Shown here: one piece after another, positions 38,579-52,986 of the stretch | How positions within the stretch are numbered: position 1 is the first letter of the stretch | Layout: every line of letters begins with the position of its first letter | Origin: Lepidodermella squamata | Taxonomy: Eukaryota; Animalia; Gastrotricha | Length of the DNA: 64,000 bases | NCBI GenBank assembly: GCA_047495785.1 | Contig: JBLDXI010000009.1 | Coordinates: 2,108,001 to 2,172,000 of the forward strand | Direction: 5' to 3' | Notes under the pieces: generated by a model | The model's input: only the letters and a program-made list of their open reading frames with translations | What the model was told of the DNA's origin: nothing | Databases searched by the model: none | Program-made: the position numbers and the translations under genes

Positions 38579-41500
38579 GTTAACCAGGTCGTCGATTAAT
38601 AACGCAATGATAAAAAATCCAACTCAATGTTAATATGTTTATCTAGATGGAAAAAAGATGAAGATGATGATTGAAGATTGTCCAAGCATGTGGGTTTTGG
38701 CAATAAACAAATTGTTGTCATTACGTTGCAGCGTAACTTGCAGCTTGGCGACGCGCGAGACACCACGACAAAAACGAAAACAAACATCCGTCGTCGCTAC
38801 TATCTATATTGTATCTTAAGCGCTCTCGGCCAGCCAAAAATGAGGCTACCGGAAGGCATTGTGCTGCAGCAAAATCCGGCGGGACGGCGCGGAACGGGTA
38901 ATAATGCGCTGACGCATTCGTAGAAAGAAGCGCGGCTAAAAAGAAAGCGCGCGACAACAAAACATACACACAGATAAGCGATACTAATACCTTAAAAGAA
39001 TGATATTAAAACAAACGTCAACGACGGATACACGGCGATGCTGCTCGTAGAGACACGGCAAGAGCGCGCACGCTTGGCATTGATGATATATTTAGGAATA
39101 TTATAAATAATTATTGTAATAAGACAGTGTAGATAGATAGATGAATGGTCTTAACATACGGGGCACGCTGACATGTACAAAATTCTACAGAGTAGTCCGT
39201 CGGCTTATAATAAAATCGCAACAAAACGCACTTGGCTTTAACTCTTAACTTAGTAGTAGTGGAGTAGCAGTACGAATATACCTACATAGTTTGCATAAAA
39301 TGCGCGTGCGCACCTTAAGAAACACGCTGTTTAGTTCTTTCAAGACAAGATCATTAGAACAGGACAAGCGAGCGGATGGTCTTTTAACAAGAGAGACGCT
39401 GCGTCTCCACAAAGGCCATGGCTAAAAAGCCACGCCGCCAAAGAGCCCGAAATTTGGCCCGTAAAACACGATAAAAACAAACAGAACGCGCGATATAAAC
39501 CTAACGTGCGACCAAGCCAATAATAAACTCAACTTTCAACAGCTGATTTTCGCACACGGAAAAACATTGACAGCGTTGGATAGCAGTGGTATCCACCCGC
39601 TTTATTATTGTTATTGTTACAAGAGTGTTTATGTTCACAGCGATCAGGCTGCGAAAGTGAACTCGCTACCTACGTGACAAGTAGTGATTTTAATGAAATT
39701 TCGCTGGGCTGAATGAATAGCTGAATGCACTAATAAATCAGTGCACCTATATAAAGTAAAGGGAGGGCTCAATATCGAGGTAGTTGGCCATTAGAAAACT
39801 TGACAAGATGTTTCCATTTGCCTAGATGAGACTGTCTAAATAAATCTAAACTCAAGACTGTTGCAAATGTGGCCACTGCTGATGTGGTTAAAAGCGACGC
39901 TGTCGAGAGGTGGAACATGTGCGTGGGAATAAGTGGATGCTCTCGAGTGCGAGCGCTCACGAAATTTTTGGCGACGCTCAGGAGTGCGCGTGGAGCATCA
40001 ACGGCGACGGAACACGGAACGAACCGTCGCGCGCAGATCCGCGGCGAAGTTAACTGAGCGTTACTAAGAGGCGACACTGATACCGCCAAAAGACCGTCGT
40101 CAAATGAGTGACAACGTCGCGTCGCCGTACACGGTGGGAAGTTACGCCAAATTACCGAGATTAGCAAGCGCCAAAAGAGGCCTGTAATTTGTACAAACAC
40201 GCCGGATACATTGCTCAAACTCAATAGGGCGCAACTAATATTAGATACCAAGCGCCGGCAATCTCACACAAGTACGTGAAGAAACATTTTTCTGACAGGT
40301 GTAGTGCTTTAAGCAGGTTGGCCTAATAAGATGTCTGGGTTAGGCAATAATTTTTCGAAATACGGGCGGCGATCGGTTAATCGTGATGACCTCCCGCAAA
40401 GCAATAAATAGCGTATTGCAAAGCCGAAAAGTAAAGTAAAGCGACAATTAGCTTCGAATATTACACGGCGGGCGGGTTAAAAGAACTTCCGACCGACTGG
40501 GTGCGCGCCTTGGCTCGGCTGCTGCCGTTGGTGGCCTCCGCTGCCTCATTAGACGCGCCGCTAATGACAGGCTATTGCTCACATCTCATTTTAGTGCGAA
40601 AATTTCGCACGGATGGAGGTGAACGGAAGGCGCGGCCTTTGAACTGCAGCGCACAGTTTCGCAATTTCTTACGCGCCGGCTCAAAGTGCCGACCTGTCAT
40701 TCATCACGCGTTAAAAATCAGTCGAGTGAAAGTCGGAAATTAGCGCAAATCGAATCAGGCGATCTATCCAAGTTACCTCAACTATAAAGAATAGAAGAAC
40801 AATTATTCTTCACGGTTGTTGTTTAGTGGCTGCGAGTTATAAGCAAGCGCCAGTCGATGAAAACGCGGTATTCTTATAACAATACCATTTACTAGCGGGC
40901 AAACATTTGGCTTTCGGAATTTTCCGTCCATGGCGCATAGCAATTATACCACGGCCAATTTGTAATGTTAGGCAATAACCGAAAGCGCTACAAGCTAACA
41001 GTTCGGATGTGTTTTCAACTGAAAACGCCTTGAACGAGTAGGGGAGATAAAAAGCCAGCAACAATGCGTAAACAAATCTAGGCGCATTATAATTATTAGC
41101 ACCACCTTTCGGCGCGCGCCTGCAAGTAGGTACATGATGTGGTGGTGGTATATTATAACAAAATCAAACCAGAGAGATAACGTTTTATCTCGAGCGCTGT
41201 TTCGTCGGGTTTGGCGGGCGCAACGGGGTAACAAATAGCGCGATAATTAGGCAGCGCTCATCGCGGCTAATTACGGCCAGAGTCGATTTCAAAGGCAACA
41301 GCACCACCAGGTCAGTCAACGCCGCCGTTTCAATAACATCAACAACAAGGGTAAAACAAAACAAACAGGGCTCCTACTATAAAACATGTTAATAATTATT
41401 TTAAAAGCCTGCTGAGTTGTCGAGTTGAAAGTTGCCAGCTTTCGCTATCACACGCCCTGTTGGTGGCGATTCATCGCGGGCGCGCACAGAAGGGCGTGCC

Positions 41501-44500
41501 ACGAAAATCGAAACCGTTGCGCGACTGAAATAACAGGATAAAGATAGGCAAGACTGGTTATTATCGAACGGTGTCAAGAGCTCTTGAACGAATTTCGAGT
41601 GATAGAGTGAAACTGCCATCTGGAGTATTTATTTTGGCCATAAAATCTGCGCGCAATTACTGTACTGGTGGGCTTCCACTCAATTGCATTACGCAAAATT
41701 TAACACAGCTTCACCTTTCAATTTAGTCACGACAGATGATAAGGCAAGAGCAGAAAAGAACTGCGGAGCAGTAACTCCAGTGGCTGCAGAGTTACGTTTC
41801 CAGTGTTATTACAGCGTAGAAGAAGGCCATCGGTGATAAAGTCGTGACGTAAAGCGATCGGTGGCCACGAAGCCGTATCATCGCCAGAGCTAGCAAGTGA
41901 GCAAGGTTTATCAAGTTAGTTCCACTAGCGCGATAAATTAAATTGTTATTTATTAATTAAACGGTGCGAAGGTAGGCAGTATATGGTGAACGTCTTAAAT
42001 AATGTCGTAAACTAATAAGTGTGGTGTTGCTTGAGTAATAAACGGCGACTGGTGACCGCGAAGTGGCGGCGCGCGCTTTCATGCGACTCGTTCAATTAGA
42101 AAATAGCGGAAATTTAATACTGGCTATATAACAAATAAAACGGCTAGAAAATGGCGAATTACACGTGTAACACGTCATGTGATGTATCTTTTACGGCGGC
42201 GGTGCCAGGGCGGCGAAGGGCACGTTCGTACATCGTCGGAAGAGTCGCGGAACTGTTGGGAATGCGCCAGCCGAACCGGCGTCGACACGTCACCACTCTT
42301 CACAAGAAGGCATAAAAACGTGATGGTTTTTCGTTAAAGTTACCGTTTCGATGTTTGTTATTTGTTACCGCGCGAGATGGGCAACAACATCAAGTCAACA
42401 GGTCGCTGAACAAACGCAGCGGGCGACTAATAGCGGGCAAATAGACGCCGGCACACGGTTAACTTTTGAGGCCGGCCGCAAATAGCATTCCGTTTATCGA
42501 CGGATGGGCGGGCGTCGGCTGGCACGTGTTTCGTCAGCAAGTCGGTCATCTCGGCGGCGGCGCCGGCCATGATACTGACCTGTAAACGCGCATACTTACT
42601 TATTTTCTTATTATAACTGACACGATTCTTCATATAAAGGCTGATGAAAGGCACTGGCGAAGCCGAAATCATGTTTCGGAAGAAGGCGCGGAAGATAAAC
42701 AAGGATGAGCGAGGTGACATTTTGCCACCATCACCACCACCGCCGTATGTTTGGCCTTGAAATGCCTCGGCAGCTGTTTAAAAGCAAGACGGGAGGGCAA
42801 AAAGCAGCCAGGCCGTGATGCGCGCGCCGTGTGCGGTGGCAGAAAACGGAAAAACACGCCGCCGGTGCCGATTTCCACTAGCCGCCTTAAAATTTTTGCT
42901 GCTGTGCTCGCGTGAGACAAATTGTAAGGTGTGACGCTATTACAAACCGGGCTGATAATTGAGCAAATAACAATAAACACGCTGCTCGCACGAGTTGACA
43001 TCTATAGATAGAGATAGCGAAGATGATGAGAACAAACGCCATCAGTGAAACGCGATAAAGCTCAAACTTTCTCAAGGTGTTCAAGTGGGTTTAGCGCATT
43101 TTTATGCGAGATACAGCTAAACTAACTCTGCTAAACATAATCATAATCGCCATCATCATCATCGTCATGTGCCGCCGAGCTCGAGATGTGTTTTAATGCA
43201 TCTTGGACTTTTGGCGCAAAAGGCAACCGCGCGCGCAACTGCGCAATGACACGTTGCGGCAAAGAAAACAGTAAATACATCATAAATTTTAAAGAGAAAA
43301 TAATGCAATTTTTCAGCTCAGTTTAGTCACCACCACTGAGCGAGCACGGCGCCAAGTTTAGGCGATTAATAACCCTGAGAAAACTTAGTGGCCATGTAGC
43401 ACGTCGAGAGACTACGCGTAAGAATAGAAAACGGGAGCTCTAAATGAAAAGCTAACCCGAGGTAAATAAAAATAAACGACAAATAACAAGCGCGACAACG
43501 TTCTATCGTCATTACATCGATGATGTGATGATGGCGATGATAAAAGAGTTGTAAAATAAGACAAGTCTCGTGTGCATTGCGGTTTACCTTACAAGCAGCT
43601 AGCTACCTTGACCTTCCTTTGACATACTGCACAGCGGCTAAATTAGACAAAAAAATTCGAGTGGCCGCGCTCGCCTGTTGTAAAAACACGACGTCATCGA
43701 CGAATAATAACAATAATAAATAAAAAATATTTTCTTAAAACAAAAGATCAAAAGGAACTATTTTTCGCCAAAAATTCATCGAAACAAAGATAACCGTAAA
43801 GTTTAACCGCGTGGAAAAACGGTGTGATGTTAATGACGATGAGAAAAAGATGCAGCTGCAATAAATCATTGAGACAGGCGCGTAAACACGCGGCTCAAAG
43901 ATCATTATCGTATGAGCAATGAAATTTGTCAATAGCCATGAAGAAATTATTCGTAGGCATAATAAGCCACTCGAACGTGAACGAGAAATATTTCGCAGCA
44001 CACGCCTGAGGCGCATTTTTGTGCGCGAGCGCGCGTCTTTATCTGCACACAGGTTGACGATTATACTATTGGGCGGGTAAATAAAACAATAAAATATTTT
44101 GCAGCGAAAATTAAGCCATCGGGTTTAAGTTGTTTCCTTTTCTGCCCTCTCCTCTCAGCCTTGTTTTGTAATAAAATAAATAAAACCGGTTAGGCAATTG
44201 AGCTGCATGGATTTGTGACGCGGAATAGGGCCGAAAGGCACACTCGAACGCGTCGGTAGCTCTGCATACTAGGCAGGATCTAAAATATATCAATAACCCA
44301 CGGGCGCCAACGAGCCACGAGCGGCACGCGCTAGTTATACAAACGCACACCTACAAGTTGCTACTCTATCAGCTGCTGTCGCCATCATCGTCTGGTTGCA
44401 GAAGAAAATATTATTACGAGTGAAACCACTGAAGAAATAATAAATAACCAAGAGGCAGGTATTTCAATGACGTGAGCGGTTATAAGAGGCTTTAAAAAAC

Positions 44501-46530
44501 GCCCCGCAGCATGAATCGATAAACAAAAACAATCAACTAATGCGGATAAAAGTCCTTGAAAATTATTATTATTCTGGCGTTGTTCAAATCACCGCGAGCC
44601 AAAAATAACAACGCGCAGGTACATAGTATATTAATCTTGATGAGGCGTGGGATTGGAGCGCGCTGGTGTTACATCACTAAAGCCCAAAATCCAGTTGCAA
44701 AGTTCAAACGCTATGAAACCAAGCCATAAATGTTGTAATTTATCGCGTTGCACAACACCGGGCGAGGCAAACGGTCAAGTTGTTGAAAGCTATAAGCAAG
44801 AGGGAATTTTAATGAACTGGCAAAAAGGTATGGTGGCTGCTGCAGAGATTTGCGTGAATCGCAGCATGAGCGTTCGAATTGTTCAGTGTGTTCGCTATCA
44901 AACGGCTCGTTGGTGCGTGAAATCCATTTTGTCAATCGCGGTCACGACAAGTGACGCAGAAGGGTCTACGGAAGTTGTAACCTTTTCGCGTGCTTCCTTG
45001 GTATCGACACGCGACGTGCAAAACAGGAATACCTTGATTTTCCAATAATAGTAATATAACATCTAATTATGAAATCTATCGATAAAGAGGAGGATCATGC
45101 GCAGCTGGACAGGAGACACGCTGCACGTAAACATGTTTTTATACGGGCGTGAAATTTTTACAAGTGGTACTACAAGCGAGTTTCCGGATTATTGTGCGCG
45201 CTATCGGCGATGAAGTCAACAAAGCAAATGAAGCGAGCGCGCGCGCGTCAACATATTCTCCCTTTCTCCATCAACAAAAGTTTCTTAGAAGAAAAACGTC
45301 AACTCTGATTTTCGTCGCAAATTTGTAGCTCATTATTTTTTCGATTTTTCTCTGCGTGTGTGTATGCAAGCTAGCCCGTATGCGGAACAAAAGACGCTGA
45401 AATAAATAATCGTATCACAACAAACATTGTTGTTTTATTTGCGAGCCGTGTTATAGGTAGAAGTAGAAGCGATGAAAATGAGAATGGGCATAAAAACAAT
45501 CGCGGTGTATTGGCGATGAGTGACCAAGGCAGCGGGTGGATATAATAGAAATTAGCGTATAATTTGCTTATCTAATTGTCATCTGGCATTATATTGGAGA
45601 GTAATCTCGCCTTGGAGTGTTTGCCCGCGGTCAATGCCATCCTTCGTCGCCAAAGCACGAGGCGATTCGTGCCTTTTCAAGTGTCTATTCGCCGCGTCCC
45701 GCTTGCCTGCCAAGCGCCAAATACTACCGAAAATACCAGATGACCACCGTCGCCACTGGCATATTACGCGATTATTATTATTGTTATTTGATTTGGGATT
45801 ATTTACCGAACGGGTATCGCCTTACTAAAGGTGAGTGGGCGATAAATGATGATAATTGCATTATATACGCAGTTGCGGACGAGTGGTGGCCGTGCTTCGC
45901 GTGTCAACGGTGCCGGAAGTGCCAGACGGTGGTGCCCAGCCCGGCCGCAGTCATTATCATTATTCAGATGCCATTGCGGGCTGTAAACAAAAATCGCCGC
46001 CTAAATAGCTCGCTTTTTGCTGACGATTATTATTTGCTCATTACTTGGATCAACTTGGCCGTATAATTAATTATATGTTCAGCCTATAACGCCGACGATT
46101 ATTCTTCCGCTGCCGACAAAGGCGTAGTTTTTGGGAGAACAGGTAAATAATAATGCAGAACCTTACGGACTAATGATGATGAAATAGGAATTTAGAAATT
46201 TCACCTATAACTTGAAAATGATTGCACTGACTTCATAAAACGATACACCGGTCAGATCATGCGAGTGCCAAGTCAAGGTAAACAAAAACATTGAAGTCTG
46301 GAAAGGGATATTGCCTTTAAGTAGCCAGGAAGTTCAGCTATAATCGGCTATGAATATTATTTTAACTTAATAAACATGGATCAAGCGACACAACAACTGG
46401 GCAGCATTAACCTGCGTGCCGATATCATTAGAAAAATTGCGTACCGAGAGAAGAAAATAACGCGCGCGCGATTCTATGAAACATGTCGCAATTTGTTTAC
46501 AGAAAAGTGAGAAAAAGTTCAAAATCGAGA

Positions 46531-46560
46531 AAATAATAATAATAATAATAATAATAACAA
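46531..46560. repeat. (AAT)n microsatellite
   Basis: About 8-9 consecutive AAT units. Confidence 0.8.
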
Positions 46561-48394
46561 TAGCAGCGAAGCCCGAGAAAATTTAAAGCAGCCGCGATAA
46601 GTAATTGAATGCACCGGCCAAAACGCGCGTGTTCAGAAGCAAATTTTCAAGGGATGACGATGGCGGCGGCTCAGTGCGCCGATGAGGATGATCGCGCAAA
46701 TTAGATCCATATTCAAATTTTTTCGCGGACGCCAAGATTTTTGACGTTAACGCGCGTCGACTAAGATTATGCAAGAGACTGATCGAGTAATTACGGCGTC
46801 TGGGGGCAGTGCCGTGAAGCTTGAAGCTTATCTCCATGTAAATGTGTGATTACTATTCTGCAACGCGCTGGCGATTTAATGCCAGTTATCATGTCACATC
46901 CGAGGAGTAGATCAGCTGGGATGGTGGTAAGTTTTGGCGCGCGCCGGAAATATATGAGATAATCGCGGTTGAAAGAAGGATGCGCTGACAAACTGAGCTC
47001 GCGCTGATGGTGTGCGATGAAGCCGGCTTCCGTAGCAAATCGGCAACTAATGACTGTACCCAGCGCAGGAAGTGCGCGGGTGCGATGACCTCATAGACAT
47101 CTCCGTCTTCTAGCAACCCCAGCTGCCGATGATGTAAGCAGATGATGATAAACGACCGGGCGTTGCGATAGGTGAATTAAACACCAATTTATCGTTAGAC
47201 ATCTAAAAATAATATTGTGATGCACTTTGCGTTATTGTTGATATGTCAAGCGCGCATCGGTTCAACTTTTTGTATATTTGCATAAAAAATAAATAATAAT
47301 AATAGTCGGCCTATTATCGATTACAACACAACTTTTTAACTGAGAAGTGCGCGCTCGGGCAATTTACCTGACGTTATATAATAATATGGGCTCTTTATTC
47401 GGCGCATCATCATCATCATCACCGTCGCCGTTGTCAAGCTAATTTTCGCCGAAAAACAAATCGATGGTACCGCAAAAATTTAGTATACTCGACAGCTGAG
47501 TAATTGTGGAGTACACATCGCTCCACGCGGTGCATTGCTCAGTTTAACGTCATCGGCTTACTAGCTGTATTTGTTTTTATTTATCGCCGCCCGGTTCGAG
47601 ATAGCCGTGAAAAACAATATTATTATAACCGCAAATCCACATACGATGATCACGTGCTAATTCTCGATACAATTATTCGAAATCGAAACATGGCCCATTT
47701 TTTGAAAATAGTGAACTTCTCGGATAAAAACATGATGACTGCATACAAAGCGATTTATTCAGATGGCAAACCGACTGTACCAATGCAATATCGAAGATAT
47801 GAAGAGCAACATTTGTCTCAGATGATTTGAACACATTGATCAACTTGTGATGAATATAACATTAATAGCCATAAACTATCCATTTGTTCGACTGGCGTTT
47901 TTTTCACAAGAAATACGATAAAAACAAGAGGCAAGGCAGGTGTGCAAAAAGATCAACTGATAGCAGGTGCGGCAAGGTGATTTTTCTTCACAATAAGTAC
48001 ATACTCGACTTTGAACTGAATTTGCGCAAATTTATCAGAAAATTCAAACTCAGAATAAAAGATGTTAGGGAGGACTTTCAGAGGCAGATAATATCTGAAT
48101 TTGCGTCGGTATAACATGAACGATATTGCATGAAAAACTATAGCAATTCATATAACCAAACCGCTAAATACTAGAATAAATTCAAAAATATCATTTCTAG
48201 GAGCAATGATTACAACATAATACAGGTGGGAACACACCGGATGAAGTTTGTTATGAAGCAGCAACAATACGACGTAATTTTTGTTCAATTATAAGCAAGT
48301 AATAAATTTAAAGGTTTCATAGATCGAGAAAACAAAGAAGCAGCACGTTGATCACTGGAAGGCAGTTGTGTTGACGCAAAACCCGCTCTTCAAA

Positions 48395-51300
48395 TCAACA
48401 ATACATCGTGGTTAAAACAAACTAAAATAAAAAATTGATCTGAAAAACCATCATTTCATGTCGACAATAGCTTACATCGTCCACAGTCATAGACGCAATT
48501 AGCGCTTCCTTTCGCCCACCAAACTTTTGGAACTTGGCTGAAAAGAATTTTTTCATGAATAAATCAAGCACGAAAAATATAATTTAGCTTACTAAGCATA
48601 GCTTTGAGACGAATAGCGCAGCAAATGTAATCGTCAAAGTCCAAGTTTCCGTTTTTGTCAGCATAGCTGCATTCGAAAATTAGCCGAGAGAACGATTATT
48701 TTCAAATGAAATTTACCGCAAAACCATAGCCTTGAAGGTTTGGTTGTTGAAGCGATAGCCAACAGTCTTCAAAGCTTCACGCAATTCAAATGATTGCTGG
48801 CATGAACACAAAAGTTAAGGGATGGTTTACTCCATGGAAATTTTTGGTAAAACTTACGAGATGGCCACTCTTGTCTTTGTCGTGCTCAACGAAGCTGAGT
48901 TTCAGTTGGCGAAGCTCCTCCCATAACTCATTGAATTCAGCCAACCCGAGTTTACCGCTAAGATCTCTCTGTAACAGCAGCGAATTACGAAATATGGTGA
49001 TCGAACAGAATTTTATAGCTCACGTCTCTCAAGGCTACAATACTGCGAGAAGTTTCGATGCTGAATCCGGAGAACTTGAAATCTGAAAGAAAGCGCCAAG
49101 CATGAAAATATCGGAAATCCTAAAAAATTGCCGACCCAAGGCGTAACAAAATATTCAAAAGCAGAAAATTATTGTTACATATGATAATCTAATTCCTCCC
49201 CTCATACCACCTATCGTCAACAAATATCCTAATGCCTATATAGGTTCTAGAAAGCAAGCTTCTAGCTCAGCAATTATAAGCAGATTAAGCTTTATATTAG
49301 ATTCTGTCGTATGATTCTGAGATTAAGCATAAAGCTGTATATAATAGCTAGTAGCTAGGCGAAGTAACATTTTCAACATTCAGGACAGTAAAGCTGAGTT
49401 TCTCTAGGCCAAAATTAATGGCAATTAGCTGTAGAATTACTGAGTGAAACATTGGATAATTTAACAAAATTGGTTATTGAGAAATGACTAAGGTGTTAGG
49501 ATGCAGCGTAAATAATGTAGGATGAAAATAAGATCGAAGCCGGTAGCGATTTACACCTTAACCGAGCTCATTGTGCCAACATTTCACAATACATTCAAAG
49601 TGCAGGATTTTTCCTAATGAAAGCGTTCAGACATCACATATGACACATTTCTAGGTAAAACCAAAATAAAACATAAAAGTTCTACGTTTCCTCCAGTAAA
49701 TAAACGAAAATCGCTAAAAAATGAGTTATGTACTTTTTAACAGACAAATATCGCACAATCTCAGCGATCCCTGCACCAGTTATATTCCCAACGATTGAGG
49801 GAATTTTAGCAGTTACAATGTGAATCACAGAAGGATATAACATTGATAAAAACTCACCAATTAAAGCTTTAATCAAATTCAAGTTTCAAGTTAGTCACTG
49901 GTATGCAGATGGGCAATAAAAATATATTTCAAGCGACTTACCCTTGGCAAAAGTAGCGTTCAAGATTTCCATTAGTTCACCAGCGTCTACTTCGGCATCT
50001 TCGCCAGCGATACGCCTGAATAGAGCATCAGCTTCGTCCTGCACCTTCAGTTCTGGCGGGCTTGGAGGAGCTGGCGGCAAAGGAGGAGGCAAGATAGCAG
50101 TTTGCTCATCGAGCACCCTGAGTACGAAAAAAAACAAATTATGGCGATGAATGAGGTCTGTTTTGTTTTGTTAAAAAGCGTTTTCAGATTTCCTGGGCCA
50201 TTAAAAGCGTGATTTAATGTTTGCGATTTTCATACTACATCATGTTACAAACATACTCAGTAAAAGGTTTTCTGTGGTATACCAAACTGAAAAGAGCTGA
50301 AAAACAGAGGATACAAAGACTTACCCTGAATCATTCGGCTTCTCAGTGTAAATTCGAGCAACAAATTGACCATCGATATTAGGCTGAAAAATTCAACATA
50401 GCAAACAAAACGAAAAAAAATGTGAAACTCAATACCTCAAAAGTACTTGGAACGACAACATAAGAGCCAGGAGGCACGCGGAACCGACCAGAGACTTCGC
50501 GGAGATTGATGAAAGTTGTCCTGATCATCCAAAATTAAGGTAACTCTATTCACTATTCAGATGGTACTTTGATGTCTTACCTGGCAATCGAAGCATTTCG
50601 CTCGAAAAACGTTTGGTCAAGAGGACCGCATTTAGGATCCTTCAGCTGGTACAAACTGAATCCGATAGTGAGGTAATCGAAACCTTGGCTGCGCTGCTTC
50701 CTGCGGTCTTTCTGCAGCAAACCAACGAGAACAGTACACATGTTATCAGCATCACTTTCGTCGGGATCCGTCACGGTGATGCGATACTGCGGGTTAGTCC
50801 AGAAAGTTTGCAGATAATTACGACAGCCACCGGCGTTGACGCGGCGGCGCCACTCGCCGTCCATAATCGCGTTTTCCCAACGGAATTTCTTGCGACTTGC
50901 GCTTTCTACCTCATCCCCAACCGAATCAAGGGAGATGTGGCAAATTTCGAGACTTTCGAAGTTGTTAACGAAGTCTTGGAAGCTCATCCTACGGAAATTA
51001 GGACATGAAAATGCTTTCAAGTGATGCAACCTTTCAACCTACCAGAATTCGCCATCGGCGTCAAAGGTAATGCCCATTTCTTTGCGCTCGCTATCACTCA
51101 TCAAATTCCACTGAAAATTAATCGAAATTCCACCTCAAGAATCATTTATCAAAGTGATACAAACCTCGCGCGAGTTATCACTCCAGGCGCCTTTCCACTC
51201 TGCCGTGTTACCCCAAGGATTTCTAATGCGAACCAACGGCATCTTCGAATTAGCATTCATTTTCAACGTGATCAGCTTGACAGCGGTCACCGAATAAGCG

Positions 51301-52986
51301 TGACCCATGATCAGGCCATTCGAAAGCTGTGCCTCCTGCGACATGCCGCCCTTCTGATTGATCGAGCAGCCCATGAGCGATCGACGCTCGTAAGCTTTCA
51401 GCATGATTTGAAGCAGCGATTTCGGCGCTTTCTCACGCAGTTCGAAGGTTTCGCAAAAACCACCAGTAAAGTCGGTCATCGACTCGCAAGTGCTACCGCC
51501 TTTAAGGTTCTCATAGCTACCGACAAGCCTAATTCGAATAATATATTTTCGATTAGTTCATTGAATTTCTTGCGTTCAATTACTTCGCATAGGCTTTTTC
51601 AAGCAGAGCACTCCAGAACTCGTTTTGCTCGGCCGAATGCATGAAAATGAGCCTTCCATTGTAAGTCGGCAACCGGTCATCGACAACGACTTCCTTCCAT
51701 TCTCCATAATACCTTTTGAAAGCTCGTTTTTCGGAATATCTCAACTTATTTTGTCCTCTAACTTACCAGAAATTAAATTTAAAAGCACCGCAATAGTTCG
51801 GCTTGTCAAAAGTCTGGTTGGGTGGAATGACCCGATTGACCAGCTCAGGAAACAAAGTAAGATTTGCAACCGCAGCCAAAAGCCAGCAATCACCTATTTC
51901 AATACAAAACGGATTTTGTAATGTTTCTTTTTTCTTTTCACTCAACACGGATAATTCACAGATCGGTAAATACACCGCATAAATTTGCAGTTAGCTGAAT
52001 GCGCATTTTTTTCTATTATATCCGGCAGCGATATTCTGGATATTTGCATCGAGAGGCAATCGAGTCTGCCATAAAACGCATGCAAATATATCAAACGATT
52101 TTTTCCTGAGGAAACAGTACGCTTCCGATGTATGTATGTACATATGAGTATGCGCATGTCTAAGCTTGATGAGAAAAAACACGCGCTGCTTTCACGCTGA
52201 GCCGAGGAACCGAATACCCAAATCATCGAAAGCATGCTCAATATGCGAAAAAAATCGTAATAATAAACTAACCCAATTCGCCTTGAACAACATCAAATCG
52301 AGATACACCGTTGCTGATAAACACGGGATTCTGACAGATTTGCTACAAAAAAATGAGTAACTCTCAAGAGTGCAGGTAGCAATCAATAGAGAGAACTAAC
52401 ATGAGGGCGTTTCCATTCGAAATTCCTGCCGACTTGTTGCCTCGAGTAAACGCTAGAAATAACAGCGGGGAAGTCAGGGTCTTCCCATAGCGAGCCAGAG
52501 CGTGAAGTATCAGCTTTAATAGCTTCAAGGGGCTTCGATTGCGGGAACAGTGGTGCCTTGGTGCCGGAACTCAGCGTATTGGCCGAGTGGAAGACAATCG
52601 ACTGTCCCGAAGAAGCAGGCGGAGCAGGTGATGCAGCGTATTGCATAGGTGTAGCAGTAGCTTGAATACCTCCTGATCCTGGTCTAAATCCAGGGGCGGG
52701 GGCTGAATAGACAGGTGCGGCGTTCAATGACGCATTCCAACCAATACCAGGCGCGCCTGAATGGGGGAAAAATTACGTGAATTAACTCAATAAAATTCAG
52801 CTCCATTAATTAATCACCTTGCAGTTGGCCATATTGGGCAGGGTTAATGGACCCCGAGGTCGTGTAACTGCCGTCTGGGCGTTGAGAATATGTTGTTTCA
52901 CGCGTGATGGTCGCGGGGTGTGACGCGTTATCGCCGTATAAGATGGTCTGCTTTGTAGTAATGGTTCTCGATGACTGAAAACTCAT
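48395..52986 (-). CDS. Classical calpain (CysPc, C2-like domain III, penta-EF-hand), multi-exon
   Basis: WEDPDFPA; QGELG|DCWLLAA (catalytic Cys); GHAYSVT (His); RNPWG (Asn); [15 protein letters not shown]; EF-hands; last exon FVLTTMYC*. Confidence 0.95.

Noticed and set aside
44647-46066. ORFs 44647..45048 and 45617..46066, and similar short ORFs in 38600-48300
   Set aside because: Non-ATG starts, no recognisable domains and no consistent splice-site chain.
49682-49882. Hydrophobic 66-aa ORF in the calpain intron as a CalpA-like insert exon
   Set aside because: It ends in a stop with no suitable in-phase donor. The strong GTGAGT donor 9 nt after the acceptor favours a microexon instead.
50613-51921. 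Long plus-strand ORFs (50613..51008, 51021..51644, 51625..51921) and similar antisense ORFs over other genes
   Set aside because: Shadow ORFs antisense to well-supported coding exons.
52080-52102. 14-nt match to miR-190 (GTTTGATATATTTG) in a calpain intron
   Set aside because: The seed region does not match and I could not see a convincing precursor hairpin.
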